DNA of 63,759 nucleotides, filler included, from Chlamydiia bacterium (GCA_903848235.1; 6 parts of 6 records of this genome joined end to end with filler, not necessarily neighbours in it); one strand, 5' to 3'. Positions 50,069 to 61,500 are shown, numbered from the whole stretch's first letter. Numbers and translations: made by a program. Notes: generated by a model not told the origin, from the letters alone.

Positions 50069-50257
50069 AATGACTCCTTTGTAAAAAAGACGTACTGATT
50101 GGATATATTGATACAGTGACTGCTCTGTACCACATATGGATCTTTATATCAAGGGGGAGGGGTGGGGCTTGGGTTTAAAAAAAACCGCATGGCGATATTT
50201 GACATTAATTAAATATATAGATAAAAATACTTTCTAAATTTAATTAGCGAGAGAACA

Positions 50258-50515
50258 ATGGCTGCAATATTAAATTCCTCGGTATATCAAAGATTGTCCC
50301 GAAATCCTGAAATCGTTGAAGTTGACTCACCCAATACTGATGAAATCGGTGATAAACCAGATGTGGGAATGGACAGTTATGCCATAACAACAAAGGGCAT
50401 ACTTTGTACAAGTGGTGTTCATTCCTGCTTTGCAGTCTGCTGCCAGGGACGTAAGATAACCAGCGGGCAGACACTCCTCGCAATGGCACATGCATCACTT
50501 CAACCACTATGCAAA
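50258..50515 (+). CDS. 5' part of a CheD/CNF1-like cysteine hydrolase
   Basis: LCTSGVHSCFAVCC...LAMAH resembles T.G..SC.A....H; truncated by the contig end. Confidence 0.55.
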
Positions 50516-50615
50516 NNNNNNNNNNNNNNNNNNNNNNNNNNNNNNNNNNNNNNNNNNNNTTAATTAATTAANNNNNNNNNNNNNNNNNNNNNNNNNNNNN
50601 NNNNNNNNNNNNNNN

Positions 50616-51886
50616 ACTTTGTCGACATAGTCAATAGAGAAATCCACGTTTTTATCAGACCCCCGCTTGTACTCTCCAATCTTGATCAGCAACTCGTTTT
50701 TCTTATATGTCGCTAGTACCTCACGCACCTTCCCTATCAGCTGCTGATGGTCTTTCGTCGTGATGGATGTCAACACGCGGCTTACCGATGAGAGGACGTC
50801 AACAGCAGGGTAGTGGTACTGCCGGGCGAGGTCTGCAGAGAGGATGATATGCCCATCAAGGATAGACCGCACCTCGTCTGCAACAGGCTCGTTCATGTCG
50901 TCGCCTGCGACAAGGATGGTATAAAAGGCGGTTATAGATCCTATGTCAGAGTTTCCAGAACGTTCGAGGAGACGAGGTAATGTCGAAAAGACAGATGGCG
51001 TATACCCTCCACGTGCTGGCGGCTCTCCTGCCGCTAGCCCGACCTCACGAATAGCACGTGCAAAGCGGGTTACCGAGTCCATCATGAGGATGACGGATTT
51101 TCCCTGATCTCGGAAATACTCAGCAATGGCAGTCGCCGTATATGCTCCGTTCAGACGCAGCTGCGAGGCTTGGTCTGACGTGGAAATAACAAGGACAGAC
51201 CGTTTCAGCCCTTCAGGGCCTAGATCTTTTTCGATGAACTCACGAAGCTCGCGGCCACGCTCTCCGACGAGCGCTATGACGTTGACATCTGCCACGGCAT
51301 TCCGTGCTATCATCCCCATGAGCGTTGATTTCCCACCGCCGGCAGCAGCAAAAACCCCTACCCGCTGACCTAAGCCGACGCACAGCACCCCATCGAACAC
51401 GCGAATTCCGACAGAAATAGGCTCCTTAATCATCTTGCGCTTTGTCGGATCAGGGGGAGCGCGTATGATCGAGACAATTTCATCGGCTATGAGTGGGCCT
51501 TTCGTGGCCTCATCGAGGGGCCGTCCTAAAGCGTCAAGGATCCGCCCTAAAATGTTGGGCCCTACTCTCACACTCAGCGGTCGGTGAGTAGGGATCACCT
51601 CTGACGAGGGACCTATCCCTTTCATATCGCCTAACGGGGACAGGATGACCTCTTCACTGGTGAACCCTACCACCTCGCACATGAGAGGCTCCATCTCCTC
51701 TCTTTTGACAAGACAGATCTCCCCAACTTTTACATTCGGCACCACCGCGCGGATAATCATCCCAACGGTTTCCGTAATGCGGCCGCTGATCGTTGTCATC
51801 TCAATCTCATCGAGGTGTTCGATGATGCTCTCGAAATCAACGGGCACCGATGCGGCCTTTGCGGGGCTCTTTTTTGTTTCTCCCAT
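50616..51886 (-). CDS. sctN: T3SS ATPase SctN/CdsN (3' end truncated)
   Basis: [36 protein letters not shown]. Confidence 0.97.
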
Positions 51887-52013
51887 ATGTCTACACAAAA
51901 GCTCTTTGTCAGCGAATTATAGCAGCAAAGCCGTCTGCTCATCTCTAGAAGCAGACAGCACAGACACTCTTCCTCTCTTCTCTAGTGTTTGGAGTACGAG
52001 AGGAGTCGAAAGG

Positions 52014-52730
52014 TCAAATCTGTACGTTCATCAGTGTCTTTGTCGATTCGAGGGCTTTGTTCAAAGTGGCAGTAAAGAATTCAAGTTCTGTCTGGATGAA
52101 CCCGAGTTTGACCTGAACAGCGAAAAGGTTTTCAGGAGTAAGCCGCTGCTGCCCTACCTGGATAGATTTGAGTTCGTCAACAAAATGCCCTAGTTTTTTA
52201 TCACTTTCTGTCAAAAAGCTGAGGAACCGAACTGCAGGGGTCTTCTCGTGTGACACTGCCGACCCGATTTCAACACCTGTTGTCAGCGATGAGGCATCTC
52301 GAAGTCCTCGATCTATGTGTTCGATATGTCCAGAAAGGGTGCTGATGGCGTCGGAAGGCAAATTCGCGACAACTGCAGGGTGTGTTTCCATTTCGTCGAG
52401 CAGAACAGCACGAGGGCGTTCCATTTGCCTTCGTAAGTCTGCTGCCTGATCTGCTAGTTGTTTTGGTGTCGGTGTCACTTTGGGTAGATCGGTGGAGACT
52501 TTTGTTGCAATCTCCATGATCGACGGCTTTTTGGCCTCGCTAATCACCGGTTCTTGTGCTGCAGCGATATCCCTTCTCTCAACTTTTGATGGGTCTGCAC
52601 GGGCGATGGCATCATCGAATTTTACCTTCGACGGGCCTTCTCCTTCACTGCCTTCGGTGTGAATTTGAATTTTCGATGGCTCAGATCCTGAAATGGGCTC
52701 TATTCTTTTAAATTCTTCGTGTGATGGCAT
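52014..52730 (-). CDS. CT668-like T3SS cluster protein
   Basis: Position between cdsG and cdsN; C-terminal QVKL..IQTELEFFT..LNKALESTKTLMNVQI. Confidence 0.8.
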   Translation of the reverse strand: MPSHEEFKRIEPISGSEPSKIQIHTEGSEGEGPSKVKFDDAIARADPSKVERRDIAAAQEPVISEAKKPSIMEIATKVSTDLPKVTPTPKQLADQAADLRRQMERPRAVLLDEMETHPAVVANLPSDAISTLSGHIEHIDRGLRDASSLTTGVEIGSAVSHEKTPAVRFLSFLTESDKKLGHFVDELKSIQVGQQRLTPENLFAVQVKLGFIQTELEFFTATLNKALESTKTLMNVQI

Positions 52731-52776
52731 AAATACCCACCCGATTATATGATTATAAAATCTCCCTTCCCCCTCC

Positions 52777-53214
52777 CTACATCGGGGCTTTCAATGGAGG
52801 AAGAGACTTTGCGCCTAAATCTTTTTGTAGCCAATCAAGGCATACATCTGCAAGATTCTTGATTGTCGGATCGTCGCACTTATCTTTTGCTTCAAGAATT
52901 AACTGCTCGCCGCGTTTTTTCTTATCTTGCGATAATAAATACGCAACGCCAAGTAATGCTTGTGCTAGACGATGCTCAGGATCCTTTTTCAAGATCGCTT
53001 CAAAAATTGTAGCAGCCTCAGTCACATGTAGCTTGTTTAAAGCAATGTACCCGAGACCAAGCTGCGAGGCCGGGTTATCAGGGTTCAGGACTTCTGCTGC
53101 TTTGAAAAGCCGCCGCGCGGCAATTTCGTCAAGTTGCTTTACAGCTACAAATCCTGCCTCTACAAAGAGCGAGTAGTCCTCACTAAAGAACTCAAGTAGA
53201 CTCTCCTCGTCCAT
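52777..53214 (-). CDS. cdsG: Needle chaperone CdsG (TPR)
   Basis: LFVEAGFVAVKQLDE..ARRLF; TPR; follows the needle gene; ggaggg RBS. Confidence 0.85.
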   Translation of the reverse strand: MDEESLLEFFSEDYSLFVEAGFVAVKQLDEIAARRLFKAAEVLNPDNPASQLGLGYIALNKLHVTEAATIFEAILKKDPEHRLAQALLGVAYLLSQDKKKRGEQLILEAKDKCDDPTIKNLADVCLDWLQKDLGAKSLPPLKAPM

Positions 53215-53371
53215 TGACCCCTCCAAAAAATTTCGTTTGTCCCAATAACCCAGCCTTTTTCGCACTGTCGCTGGAGAAGAGAAGAAACCCTCCTCTTCCA
53301 ACGTCGCATACTTCTTGGTAGATACAACCAGTACCATACCATCAGCTCTGATGTCACGACAAGGCCTATCC

Positions 53372-53680
53372 TTAGCCCTTGACGTTTCTCGCCATAGAGT
53401 TGATAGAAGTATTCATTGCCGAGATAACAGAAGTCGACATTTCGGAGAATTGTTGCAGCTTGTTCATTGCCATCTGCAGGTCAAACATATCTCCGATGCT
53501 CATTGCGCTTCCTTTTGACCGGATACCCGCAATTTTCGACTTTGCTAACGCGGTTAATCGTTCGATTTCATCAACCAAAACTTTAAAATCAACTGCGCCT
53601 TTTTGCGTCACCATCGTCGATGAACTTGAACTTAGGATGCCCGCCCATGAGGCCGGTTGATTCGCATATCCGCCTGACAT
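53372..53680 (-). CDS. cdsF: Needle subunit SctF/CdsF
   Basis: IGDMFDLQMAMNKLQQFSEMSTSVISAMNTSINSMARNVKG. Confidence 0.92.
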   Translation of the reverse strand: MSGGYANQPASWAGILSSSSSTMVTQKGAVDFKVLVDEIERLTALAKSKIAGIRSKGSAMSIGDMFDLQMAMNKLQQFSEMSTSVISAMNTSINSMARNVKG

Positions 53681-53824
53681 TGTGATCCTCCTTCCCTTGT
53701 GCTCGTTTTTTCTTTATATGAGCACTACGGTAGGTGAGTTTTTCAAATAGTACACATCAACTACGCCTGCGCCTTTATAACGGGGCCGCAGCAGTACGTC
53801 AGGAGGGCTCTCCTCCCTACGTTC

Positions 53825-54079
53825 TTAAATTTTTTTCTTTTTCGGCTCTTGGGTGGCTCTTCCAAGCACAATCGCTAGAGCGTGATACCCATTGAGCAAA
53901 ATACCTAGCTGATCAAATTCTTCTTTCTTGCTACCCTTGTGCAAGATATCTTTAATCCGATGAATACGCGATTCGATTCTTTTTGCCAACTCTCTTCGTC
54001 GTTCTTCACTGCTGAGTTCTTTCTCTAGATCGAAAACGAAGGACTTCAGCTCCTTCGGTTTTTTCTCCATACCGAACAT
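53825..54079 (-). CDS. cdsE: Needle chaperone CdsE
   Basis: MFGMEK..FVFDLEKEL..LLNGY.AL; position between cdsD and cdsF. Confidence 0.88.
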   Translation of the reverse strand: MFGMEKKPKELKSFVFDLEKELSSEERRRELAKRIESRIHRIKDILHKGSKKEEFDQLGILLNGYHALAIVLGRATQEPKKKKI

Positions 54080-54163
54080 AAGTAAACCTCACTCGCGCGT
54101 TCGCCGGGCCAAAATTTTACTCTTCAGGAGTCTCTTTTCTCCCTAAAGGTATTGTAGCCCAGA

Positions 54164-55894
54164 TCAACGATTAAAATCAATTTTGTACTTTCCGCTATCC
54201 TTTTCCAGATAGACCGTCGTTGGGGTAATATCTGTGATATACATCCCGTCGAGGGAATCCCCAGTTGCTAAAATTCTTCCATTAATTACGACAGAGACTT
54301 TGTTCCCCGCTTTCGAATACCCTGTGACCCGATATTTTGAAGTCAAATCGACCACCGCTTCTCGCTGTCCTGCTTCTGAAACTTGTACTTGTACTGTGCG
54401 AATGCCGGGAAGAGATCGAAAGAGCGTCACGAGTTTCTGAAACCGGTCTTTCATCCCTATGCCAAAGCTTCCGGTTAATGTGAGGTCTCCTCCCGAAATC
54501 GCCGGTGTGACCCCCCGAAATCCTGCTTCATTCAGTTCTCTGTTGATTTGTCCTAAGAGCTCCTCTTCTACCACCACCCTGCGCTCTAAAAGGTCAACAT
54601 AGGCGAAATTTTGCGAAACATAGTCGAAAAGCTCATCCGCCTGAGCCCGACTTCGTAGAAAACCGGTCAATATATAACGGCCTGCGATGGGTGAGGTGAT
54701 AGATATCCCTCTCCAAGCTGGGTTTTTTGCGATTACTTGATTTATTTCTCTCCAGACAAGTTCGTCTATCACAACATTGTTGTAATCGATGTCTTTTATA
54801 AACTTTATTTGTTGTAAAATATCAAGCATTTTGCTTCTGTCTGTGGTCGTTAAGACGTGCCCGACGAGTAAAAGTCTATTGTTGGTCGGATTGTAGCTGT
54901 AACGGATGGCAGGAAATTCGCTTAATGCCTTTGAAATTTCAGCCTCTGGATTAATGACAACTGGCGTTGTTACTTCTTCTGTTCTAAAGAGCAGCGCTCC
55001 TCCAATACCAATGACCATGATAAGCCCCGTGACAATCGCTAAGATGACAAGAGAGCTGATGGCATGCGAGAGCTTGGCCTGGAGACGTTCTTCTTCTTTT
55101 ACTCTGTCGACTTCAGACTGTAGGGGAGCAAAAACAGCCTCTTGTATTGGCCCTAGGCTTTGGGGAGGGAGTTTGCTTGCTTCGGTATCTGTCTTGGCTG
55201 TTGCAGGCTCCTCTTTTTTCCCTAGCCCTGCGCCTCCCACGATCGTCGTCCTTTCGGCTTCACGGTCGATGAGCATGAAGGTCGTGGTTCCCATAGAGAC
55301 AAGGACGTTGCCAGAAAGGGGTTTCTTGTCAATCTTCTCGCCATCAACAAAAGTGCCATTACGGCTTTGTAGGTCTTCTAGAATAGCATTGTCTTTGAGG
55401 TCAATCGTCAGCTTGGCGTGTTTGCGTGAGACACTCAAATCCTGAAACACAATGTCACAAGCCTGGGTATCAGTGCCAATGAGATAGCTCGACCCGCCGT
55501 GCATGGCGAATTCGGCCCCTGTGTTAGGGCCTGAAAGGACTTTTAAGAGCCAGCGGCCTTCAGTATCTAGGAGGTCGAAATCAACGGTGGCAGTTTCTGG
55601 TAGAAGAAGAGGTTCTTCTGCGGATTCTTCAGGAGGAGACGGCTCTTCAGAAACCTTTTCTTCAAAGGAGGGGCTATGAGGAGGCTCTTCGATAGGGGAG
55701 GGCTGTTCTGGCTGAGGTTCTTCTGATGAAGACGCTTCATGCGGAAGCTCTTCGGAATAGGGGGGCTGTTCTTGCAAATGTTCTTCAGAAAAGTTTTCAG
55801 CAGGATCGATCTCACCTGAAGAGGTTTCAGGGAGTGGTGGTGTTTCTTCGGGTGTTTCTTCCAGCATTTCTGCCGGGCGTTCTTCGTCAACCAT
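54164..55894 (-). CDS. cdsD: T3SS inner-ring protein SctD/CdsD
   Basis: Acidic Pro/Glu N-terminus, FHA (LKVLSGPNTGAEF..DLSVSRKHA..SRNGTFVDG), TM, periplasmic ring domains. Confidence 0.92.
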   Translation of the reverse strand: MVDEERPAEMLEETPEETPPLPETSSGEIDPAENFSEEHLQEQPPYSEELPHEASSSEEPQPEQPSPIEEPPHSPSFEEKVSEEPSPPEESAEEPLLLPETATVDFDLLDTEGRWLLKVLSGPNTGAEFAMHGGSSYLIGTDTQACDIVFQDLSVSRKHAKLTIDLKDNAILEDLQSRNGTFVDGEKIDKKPLSGNVLVSMGTTTFMLIDREAERTTIVGGAGLGKKEEPATAKTDTEASKLPPQSLGPIQEAVFAPLQSEVDRVKEEERLQAKLSHAISSLVILAIVTGLIMVIGIGGALLFRTEEVTTPVVINPEAEISKALSEFPAIRYSYNPTNNRLLLVGHVLTTTDRSKMLDILQQIKFIKDIDYNNVVIDELVWREINQVIAKNPAWRGISITSPIAGRYILTGFLRSRAQADELFDYVSQNFAYVDLLERRVVVEEELLGQINRELNEAGFRGVTPAISGGDLTLTGSFGIGMKDRFQKLVTLFRSLPGIRTVQVQVSEAGQREAVVDLTSKYRVTGYSKAGNKVSVVINGRILATGDSLDGMYITDITPTTVYLEKDSGKYKIDFNR

Positions 55895-56476
55895 TCGTCT
55901 GCCTTTTCTTCAAAGCCGCGTACGAAAGACTTACGGTGTTCCCTCGCTTAAATCTAAAAGCCTTTGCAGACCGACTCGAGTGCGGTTTCTCTTACTGTCA
56001 AGAGGGTTCCTTACTCTTTGTCGTTCCGCTTTTGCTTCCAAGAGACAACCGCCTCTTCTAAGGGGGTCAATCGTAACCATACAGTTCGGGCAATTTTTGT
56101 ACTAAAATTTTTAACTAGGCTGTAACATTTTTTTGAGCTCCAAGGTCGCAGAGCTGTGTTTCATTAGCCGATGCCGCTAACGAATAGCCAGGCACCTAAA
56201 GTTTCAATTGTCCACACAATATATCGAGATGTCGCCAAAGGCTTTGCCTGCTGTCAAGATCTATTTACAATAATAAAGACGTGGATATTCATTTATCTCA
56301 TGCATGGGTTAAATTTCTCAATCAATTCCCTGAGATAATATGTGTATGGTTTCAAATCTAATTTTGCATTTTTGTTAAGAACGCGTAAAGATCCCCGCCA
56401 GGTTTGCAGGCCCCCTGGCTGATCCTTTCCCATAAGTCCAAAATTTGGCACACTGGTTCGCAGCAAAAGGAAACTA

Positions 56477-56852
56477 ATGCCTGGCACACAAAAAATCACC
56501 ACAGAGCGCACAGAGTACACAGAGAAAGAAGAATCCGACACGCTTACTGGTGATATCATTAAGTGGAATTGCTCCAATTCACGAAGCTCAATTGTTGTCG
56601 TATTTAAACCCAAGTTGCCACCTATTCGTTAGGGGCAACGATGTTGGGCGAGCCAGATTGAGCGATTCGAGACGACGTCAAGGGTGTAACCCTTGACGAG
56701 GAGCGAAGCGCTCTAGATGGCCGTCCAACGAAGTTGAATCTAACGAATAGGTAGCAACTTGGGTTTAAAGGATGTCTGATTACAAACGAGGGTTGCTCAT
56801 CAATTTCAACGTGACCATGCTGAAGGATGGATTACGTCGCATGAGACTATAA
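56477..56852 (+). pseudogene. GxxExxY-family nuclease remnant (internal deletion, MITE insertion)
   Basis: aagga RBS + MPGTQKITTERTEYTEKEESDTLTGDII, then IAPIHEAQLLSYL | MSDYKRGLLINFNVTMLKDGLRRMRL*. Confidence 0.75.
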
Positions 56853-56885
56853 TTTTCTCTCTGTGCTCTCTGTGATCTCTGTGGT
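56498..56885. repeat. Inverted (ACAGAG)n repeats bracketing the GxxExxY remnant
   Basis: accacagagcgcacagagtacacagag (56498) vs ctctgtgctctctgtgatctctgtggt (to 56885). Confidence 0.8.
56603..56769. mobile_element. Palindromic MITE-like element, family C
   Basis: tttaaacccaagttgccacctattcgttag / ctaacgaataggtagcaacttgggtttaaa (one mismatch); central cgtcaaggg/cccttgacg hairpin. Confidence 0.85.
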
Positions 56886-56976
56886 TCAAATATTCCTAAC
56901 CAGGATTGCAAGACATGTTGTTTGGTGCTAGTCCATTTGTGACTTATGGGTACGGATTAATCCTCCTGGTGGTCGT

Positions 56977-57360
56977 TTACAAGGTCACAGCCTCGTGTTT
57001 CCAAAAAGCGACGGTGTTGATGAAGTCTTCTACGGCATCACGAAACTCTCGATAGCTGCGGATTGTAGGAATCGCAGCGGTTAGCATAATGTGCGTGCCC
57101 TCTTCATCAAGGCCAAGGCAGGCCCTTTTTGTCGCCTGGCCTAAAAAGTTCCCTCGCAAGAGCTTGAGAAAAATCGCCTCCTGATGATCTCCTGGAACAT
57201 CTCCGATTACTGCTGACAGTTCAAGCCCGGGAGGAGCGTCGGTCATCACAACATTTGTCCCTTCGAATTCTAATGAGATTGATGCCAGATCCCGAGGTAT
57301 CGCCCCGCTGCCTTCTACATTGAGCTCTTTGAGCATTTTCACCAGGTGTTCATGAAACAC
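56977..57360 (-). CDS. CesT-family T3SS chaperone (Scc4/CT663-like)
   Basis: LLRGNFLGQAT..ACLGLDEEG, YREFRDAVEDFIN...WK; upstream of cdsD. Confidence 0.85.
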   Translation of the reverse strand: MFHEHLVKMLKELNVEGSGAIPRDLASISLEFEGTNVVMTDAPPGLELSAVIGDVPGDHQEAIFLKLLRGNFLGQATKRACLGLDEEGTHIMLTAAIPTIRSYREFRDAVEDFINTVAFWKHEAVTL

Positions 57361-57430
57361 AGTTTTGTCCTCTTCATAAAAAAAAGAAACACACTACAGA
57401 GGCTTTTGCAGAACAGAGCGGATCGATCTT

Positions 57431-58468
57431 TTATCCTCTGGATCCAATTTCTCCATAGGTACGAATGGCGGTTGTCATTGTCTCCATCATAGCTTGAATG
57501 GTTTTTGCCATGTCAGTGTCTGCGGATTTCGATAACATGGACACTGATTGCGATACGATGTCCATCAGCTTGTTCAAGAGCTCACCGGTAGCCCGTTGTA
57601 CGGCGGCATCGATATCTAGTTTTGCAAGCGTCTTATGCATCTGCTCTTCGTTAATGCTTTTAAAAGCTTGTATCAGCCCGTCAACAGTGCCTTTCAAGGG
57701 CGCCATATTCATCTCTACCTGTCGTGAGATCTGTGTTCTATCAGTAGAGGAGAGAGCCTGTCCATCAGGAATCTTGCTATCGAGTCTATATTGGGCAGTC
57801 ACCCTGTTTTCTTCGATTTTTGTGGCAAAGGCCATAGTGATAGAGGTAAAGATTTGGCCTATCGCTATGCCTGCATCGGCAGCAGCTTTTGCTGCTTGCG
57901 CAAGCTCCTTTAGTGCCTCAATCTTACCGCCTTCCGTTGTGGCAGCGGCAGCCTCTATTGCCATGTCTTTCATGACCATAGCAAGCTTTGCTTTGAAGAG
58001 GTTTTCAGCCAATTGCATTTGCGAGCAAAGGGAAATGATGTTGGATGACATAATGAATAGCATAAGGACGGCGCTGCAGCTCAAAAAGGCGTTCTTTCCA
58101 CTTCCTATAGGAAAGTGGGGCCTGGTAGTCGATGATGTTTTGGCGAGGTCGACCAGCTCGTTGAAGGCTGCGGTATCAGTATGATCTGGGATTTCCAGAG
58201 GAGGCGCGTTTAAGCGGTCAGCAGAAAGCTTGATGAAAGCCATTTGTTCTGATGTGACATACCCCCTTTCCCTTATGGTGTCTGCCACTTCTACAAGTCC
58301 TGCTACCGCAGGTTTGGCCCGAATGAAGCCGGCTAAAGTCGGGGTTAACGATTTTCGGGTTACGGTATCAGCCAATTCTAGAAGTTCTGCTCCCTCGGGT
58401 TTGGCCTGAGTGAAGCCTTGCACGGACGGGGTCGATGGATCTCGGATTCTTGGATCAATAGTTCCCAT
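57431..58468 (-). CDS. Minor translocator CopD/SctB-like
   Basis: Follows the CopB-like gene; hydrophobic helix, Ala-rich amphipathic helices. Confidence 0.65.
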   Translation of the reverse strand: MGTIDPRIRDPSTPSVQGFTQAKPEGAELLELADTVTRKSLTPTLAGFIRAKPAVAGLVEVADTIRERGYVTSEQMAFIKLSADRLNAPPLEIPDHTDTAAFNELVDLAKTSSTTRPHFPIGSGKNAFLSCSAVLMLFIMSSNIISLCSQMQLAENLFKAKLAMVMKDMAIEAAAATTEGGKIEALKELAQAAKAAADAGIAIGQIFTSITMAFATKIEENRVTAQYRLDSKIPDGQALSSTDRTQISRQVEMNMAPLKGTVDGLIQAFKSINEEQMHKTLAKLDIDAAVQRATGELLNKLMDIVSQSVSMLSKSADTDMAKTIQAMMETMTTAIRTYGEIGSRG

Positions 58469-58588
58469 AGTTTTTTTCTCCTCTCTTACAAGGGATTTTC
58501 AAAAATATCCGCTCACGATTTTTGTGCCTTGCCAAAGACGGCTTCGTGAGTTATGTCTGAGGCCTCAGTTTGATCTATTTAACAGCTA

Positions 58589-61500
58589 CTACATAGCTGC
58601 TTTACTGGTCATTTCACTGATCCTCATCCCAGCATCTGTAATGAAGTCCGACACCATCTTAAGAAGCTTGGTCCAGTTTTCCATGGCTTCTTGTGATGAC
58701 TCTGTAATTTTTTGAATCGTCTCTGTCTGATCTATACCACCTAGAAGACTAAAATACTGCGATGTTGCTTGGAGCGTTGCTGTTTCTTCTGCTAAAACAG
58801 AGAGCATTTTGTGAAAATATTCTTCTGTCTCGGCTGCCTTGTACTGCATGACAGCGGAGGTAACCTGCAGCCCAACAACCGTGATTTTTAGCAGTTCCGT
58901 GAGCAGGAGGAGTCTTCTCGTGATCTTATCGGCCAGTTCCTCCGCTTCCTTTACATTCGCACCCAGCAGAAGCTCTTTGTAATGATCTCTGATGTTCTTC
59001 AATAAGTTAAGAGCCCCATTTCCAATGGCTTTTAGGCAGCCCTTAAGAGTGTCTCTTATCGCAAATCGTAGCGAGTGCGTTGCCGTCGCTCCAGCCTTTT
59101 GAATGAGGCCGGATTCTGCGAACCCCTCCATCACTTCGACACCCTCTTTGGCAGCCGCCGTGAATTGTTCCTCAACCTCACCTGCCTTGGCGAGAGTCCC
59201 CTCAATCACTTCAACAGCTTCTTTTTGTGCTGTTTTGGCAGCTCCTTCTACTTCCGTTGCTAGTCCATCTGTTTTTGCAACGGCCGCTACATCGAGGTCA
59301 TCTCCAAGCGCGGCCTTTCCTTCAGGACCATACGTGAATTGATTTTTGATACCCTGCCACAACTCTTTAAGATATTTCTTCCCGGCGGCTGGGCTATTCT
59401 TCAGCGAATTTAAAAAGTTTTTCCCGAGGGAGAAGAAGAACTCCTTTACATCTTTAAGAAAATCGGTGATCCATTTCAGTAATTTCGCTGCTTTGGAGAT
59501 TTCTTTTGCTGCAGTCCCTGCGGCGGCGGTAACAGCTCCTGCCACTCCTCCTCCTGCTACCCCTGCAGCGCCTCCAACCCCACCTACACCCCCTCCTGCC
59601 GGAGCAATGGCCTCAGCGGCGCGCGCGGCGCCTAGCAGATTTCTCAAGGAGGCAGCTCTTGCGGCATTGATTGCGATCAATGAGGTCTGGGATAATCCAG
59701 CAAATCGCGCTGCACCCAGTAACGCTTGTCCTGACTTATTCACTGCTGCTGCTTTTGCCAGTATTGCTGCGCTCGGAGCAGCCTTGACCCATGCTCCCGC
59801 TTTTGATACCACTTTTGCCGCTTGCGCAGGTTTTCCCATAAGGCACATGCAGATGATTATTGTGATCATAATGATGATGGTCATGATCATGGCGAAGATG
59901 CCGGCTTTTTTATCATCGTTTTTCATCATCGCCTTGCCAATCTCCTTCATGGCGACCGTTATCAGACCACTGCTCAAAATACTCGTTAATATGACCTGTG
60001 TGGTGACTTCCACGAGGGCACGCGCCAACCCTTTTTCTAGCATTTTGGATATTATTGCCATTACAAGGTCCACGGTCACCTTTATAGTTGCTTTTACCGC
60101 ACTATAGACCAACATCGCCCCCATGGTGCAGATGATACCGATGATTTGTATTGTGATGTCAAAGGCCGCGGAAATGCCATCAAGACCAGCCTCGCTAACG
60201 GTTGTTCCAAGGGACTCACATACCAACTTCCACATCCCCTTGCCAGTTGCCCACTGACAGGCAGAGTCGATAATGACAATAACGGTACATATACATGAGG
60301 TGACGGCCCCCGTAATTGCCGTGACCGCTCCCGCCGTTAATGCGACAGCACCAGCAAGTACTGGTGCTGCAGCACCCCCTGACAATACAGTAGCCACGGC
60401 AATCACAACCATAACGATGGTCATGATGACGCAGACGAGGACGGAGATCAGCGGGCCAAGCCATTTCCACAATATTGCCTTGTCGATGGAGGCGATGTTT
60501 GCCTCATAGCTTGTGAAAATCTTACGGAGCTCAGCGGTGTAGGTCAAGTTCGCGATCTTTACTTCATTGGCGATCCCCTGGATCTTCGCGTCCGCTAGCG
60601 TTTGAGTGAACTCCGTCTCCATCTGCAGCATCAGGCATCGTATGTTTGACATATAGACCATGGCAGAGATCAGCGCTTGGATGTAATTCATGACAATACG
60701 CCGGGTGACGCCTGTCATAGTCTTGTCAGAGGCTACCCCTGTTAAAAAGGTAAGGGATTTTTCAATGGCCGCTGGGTCTTTAGAGCTTAAGTCGCCTGTC
60801 AGCTTTGCCCGGTTGATCTCTGAGATCTGTGTTGCAAGGAGGGGAATGAGCGAGGTCAGGAGTTTTGCTTTGACATCTGATGTGATGGCACCAGAGGCTT
60901 GCGCTTCATCAAGACCCTTAGAACACAGAGCAGAAAGCTCGCGGATATCGACGGATTGGAGGAGTTCTTGATCCTCAGGATTTAACGAACATAAAGACGT
61001 CGTAATGCTTCCGAGAGCCGCTATAAGATCTGTGTTGGCAACACCAGAAGGCAGCGTCATGGTACTGGCAATTGTGAAAAGGAGTGTTCCGAGTTGCTGA
61101 GAATCTCCGCTGATGAGGGTCGTAAATTCTGGGGCTGGTGTCTTTGTAGAGGTTGCCTTTTGAAAATTTGCGGTTGCCAGCTTGTTGCAGACGTTTAAAA
61201 GAGCCAATGAGAGCTTTTCTTTTTCTGCCGCCGACATGGTCGTATCGGTACTCATATCAACCGTTTCCATGAAGACAGGAATCATAAGCCCTGGGACGGT
61301 CATGTTGAGCACCATTGCCCCGCCTTGCGTGTTGACGCCTGCTATTGCTGTGGCAATGACTTCTAGTTTGGAGTTGATGAGAGTAAGCTGTGCTGGGGTA
61401 AGGGTCAGGGAAGAAAGATCTGCCATCCCTAGAAGAAGAGTTTTGACGGTTTCGACGTCGGTAGAGTGAATGCTCGTGAGAAGTGCTTGTGTCTGTGGTG

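Noticed and set aside
55931..56080. 49-codon ORF (MVTIDPLRRGG...) upstream of cdsD on the minus strand
   Set aside because: Too short, no motif or clear RBS; cannot be supported
56498..56530. acagag repeats and other palindromes as a CRISPR array
   Set aside because: No regularly spaced 23-47 bp repeats with unique spacers and no cas genes anywhere in the window
59346..60107. Long antisense ORFs (e.g. 59346-60107, 57498-58184, 11843-12430, 35878-36537)
   Set aside because: Shadow frames opposite well-supported genes
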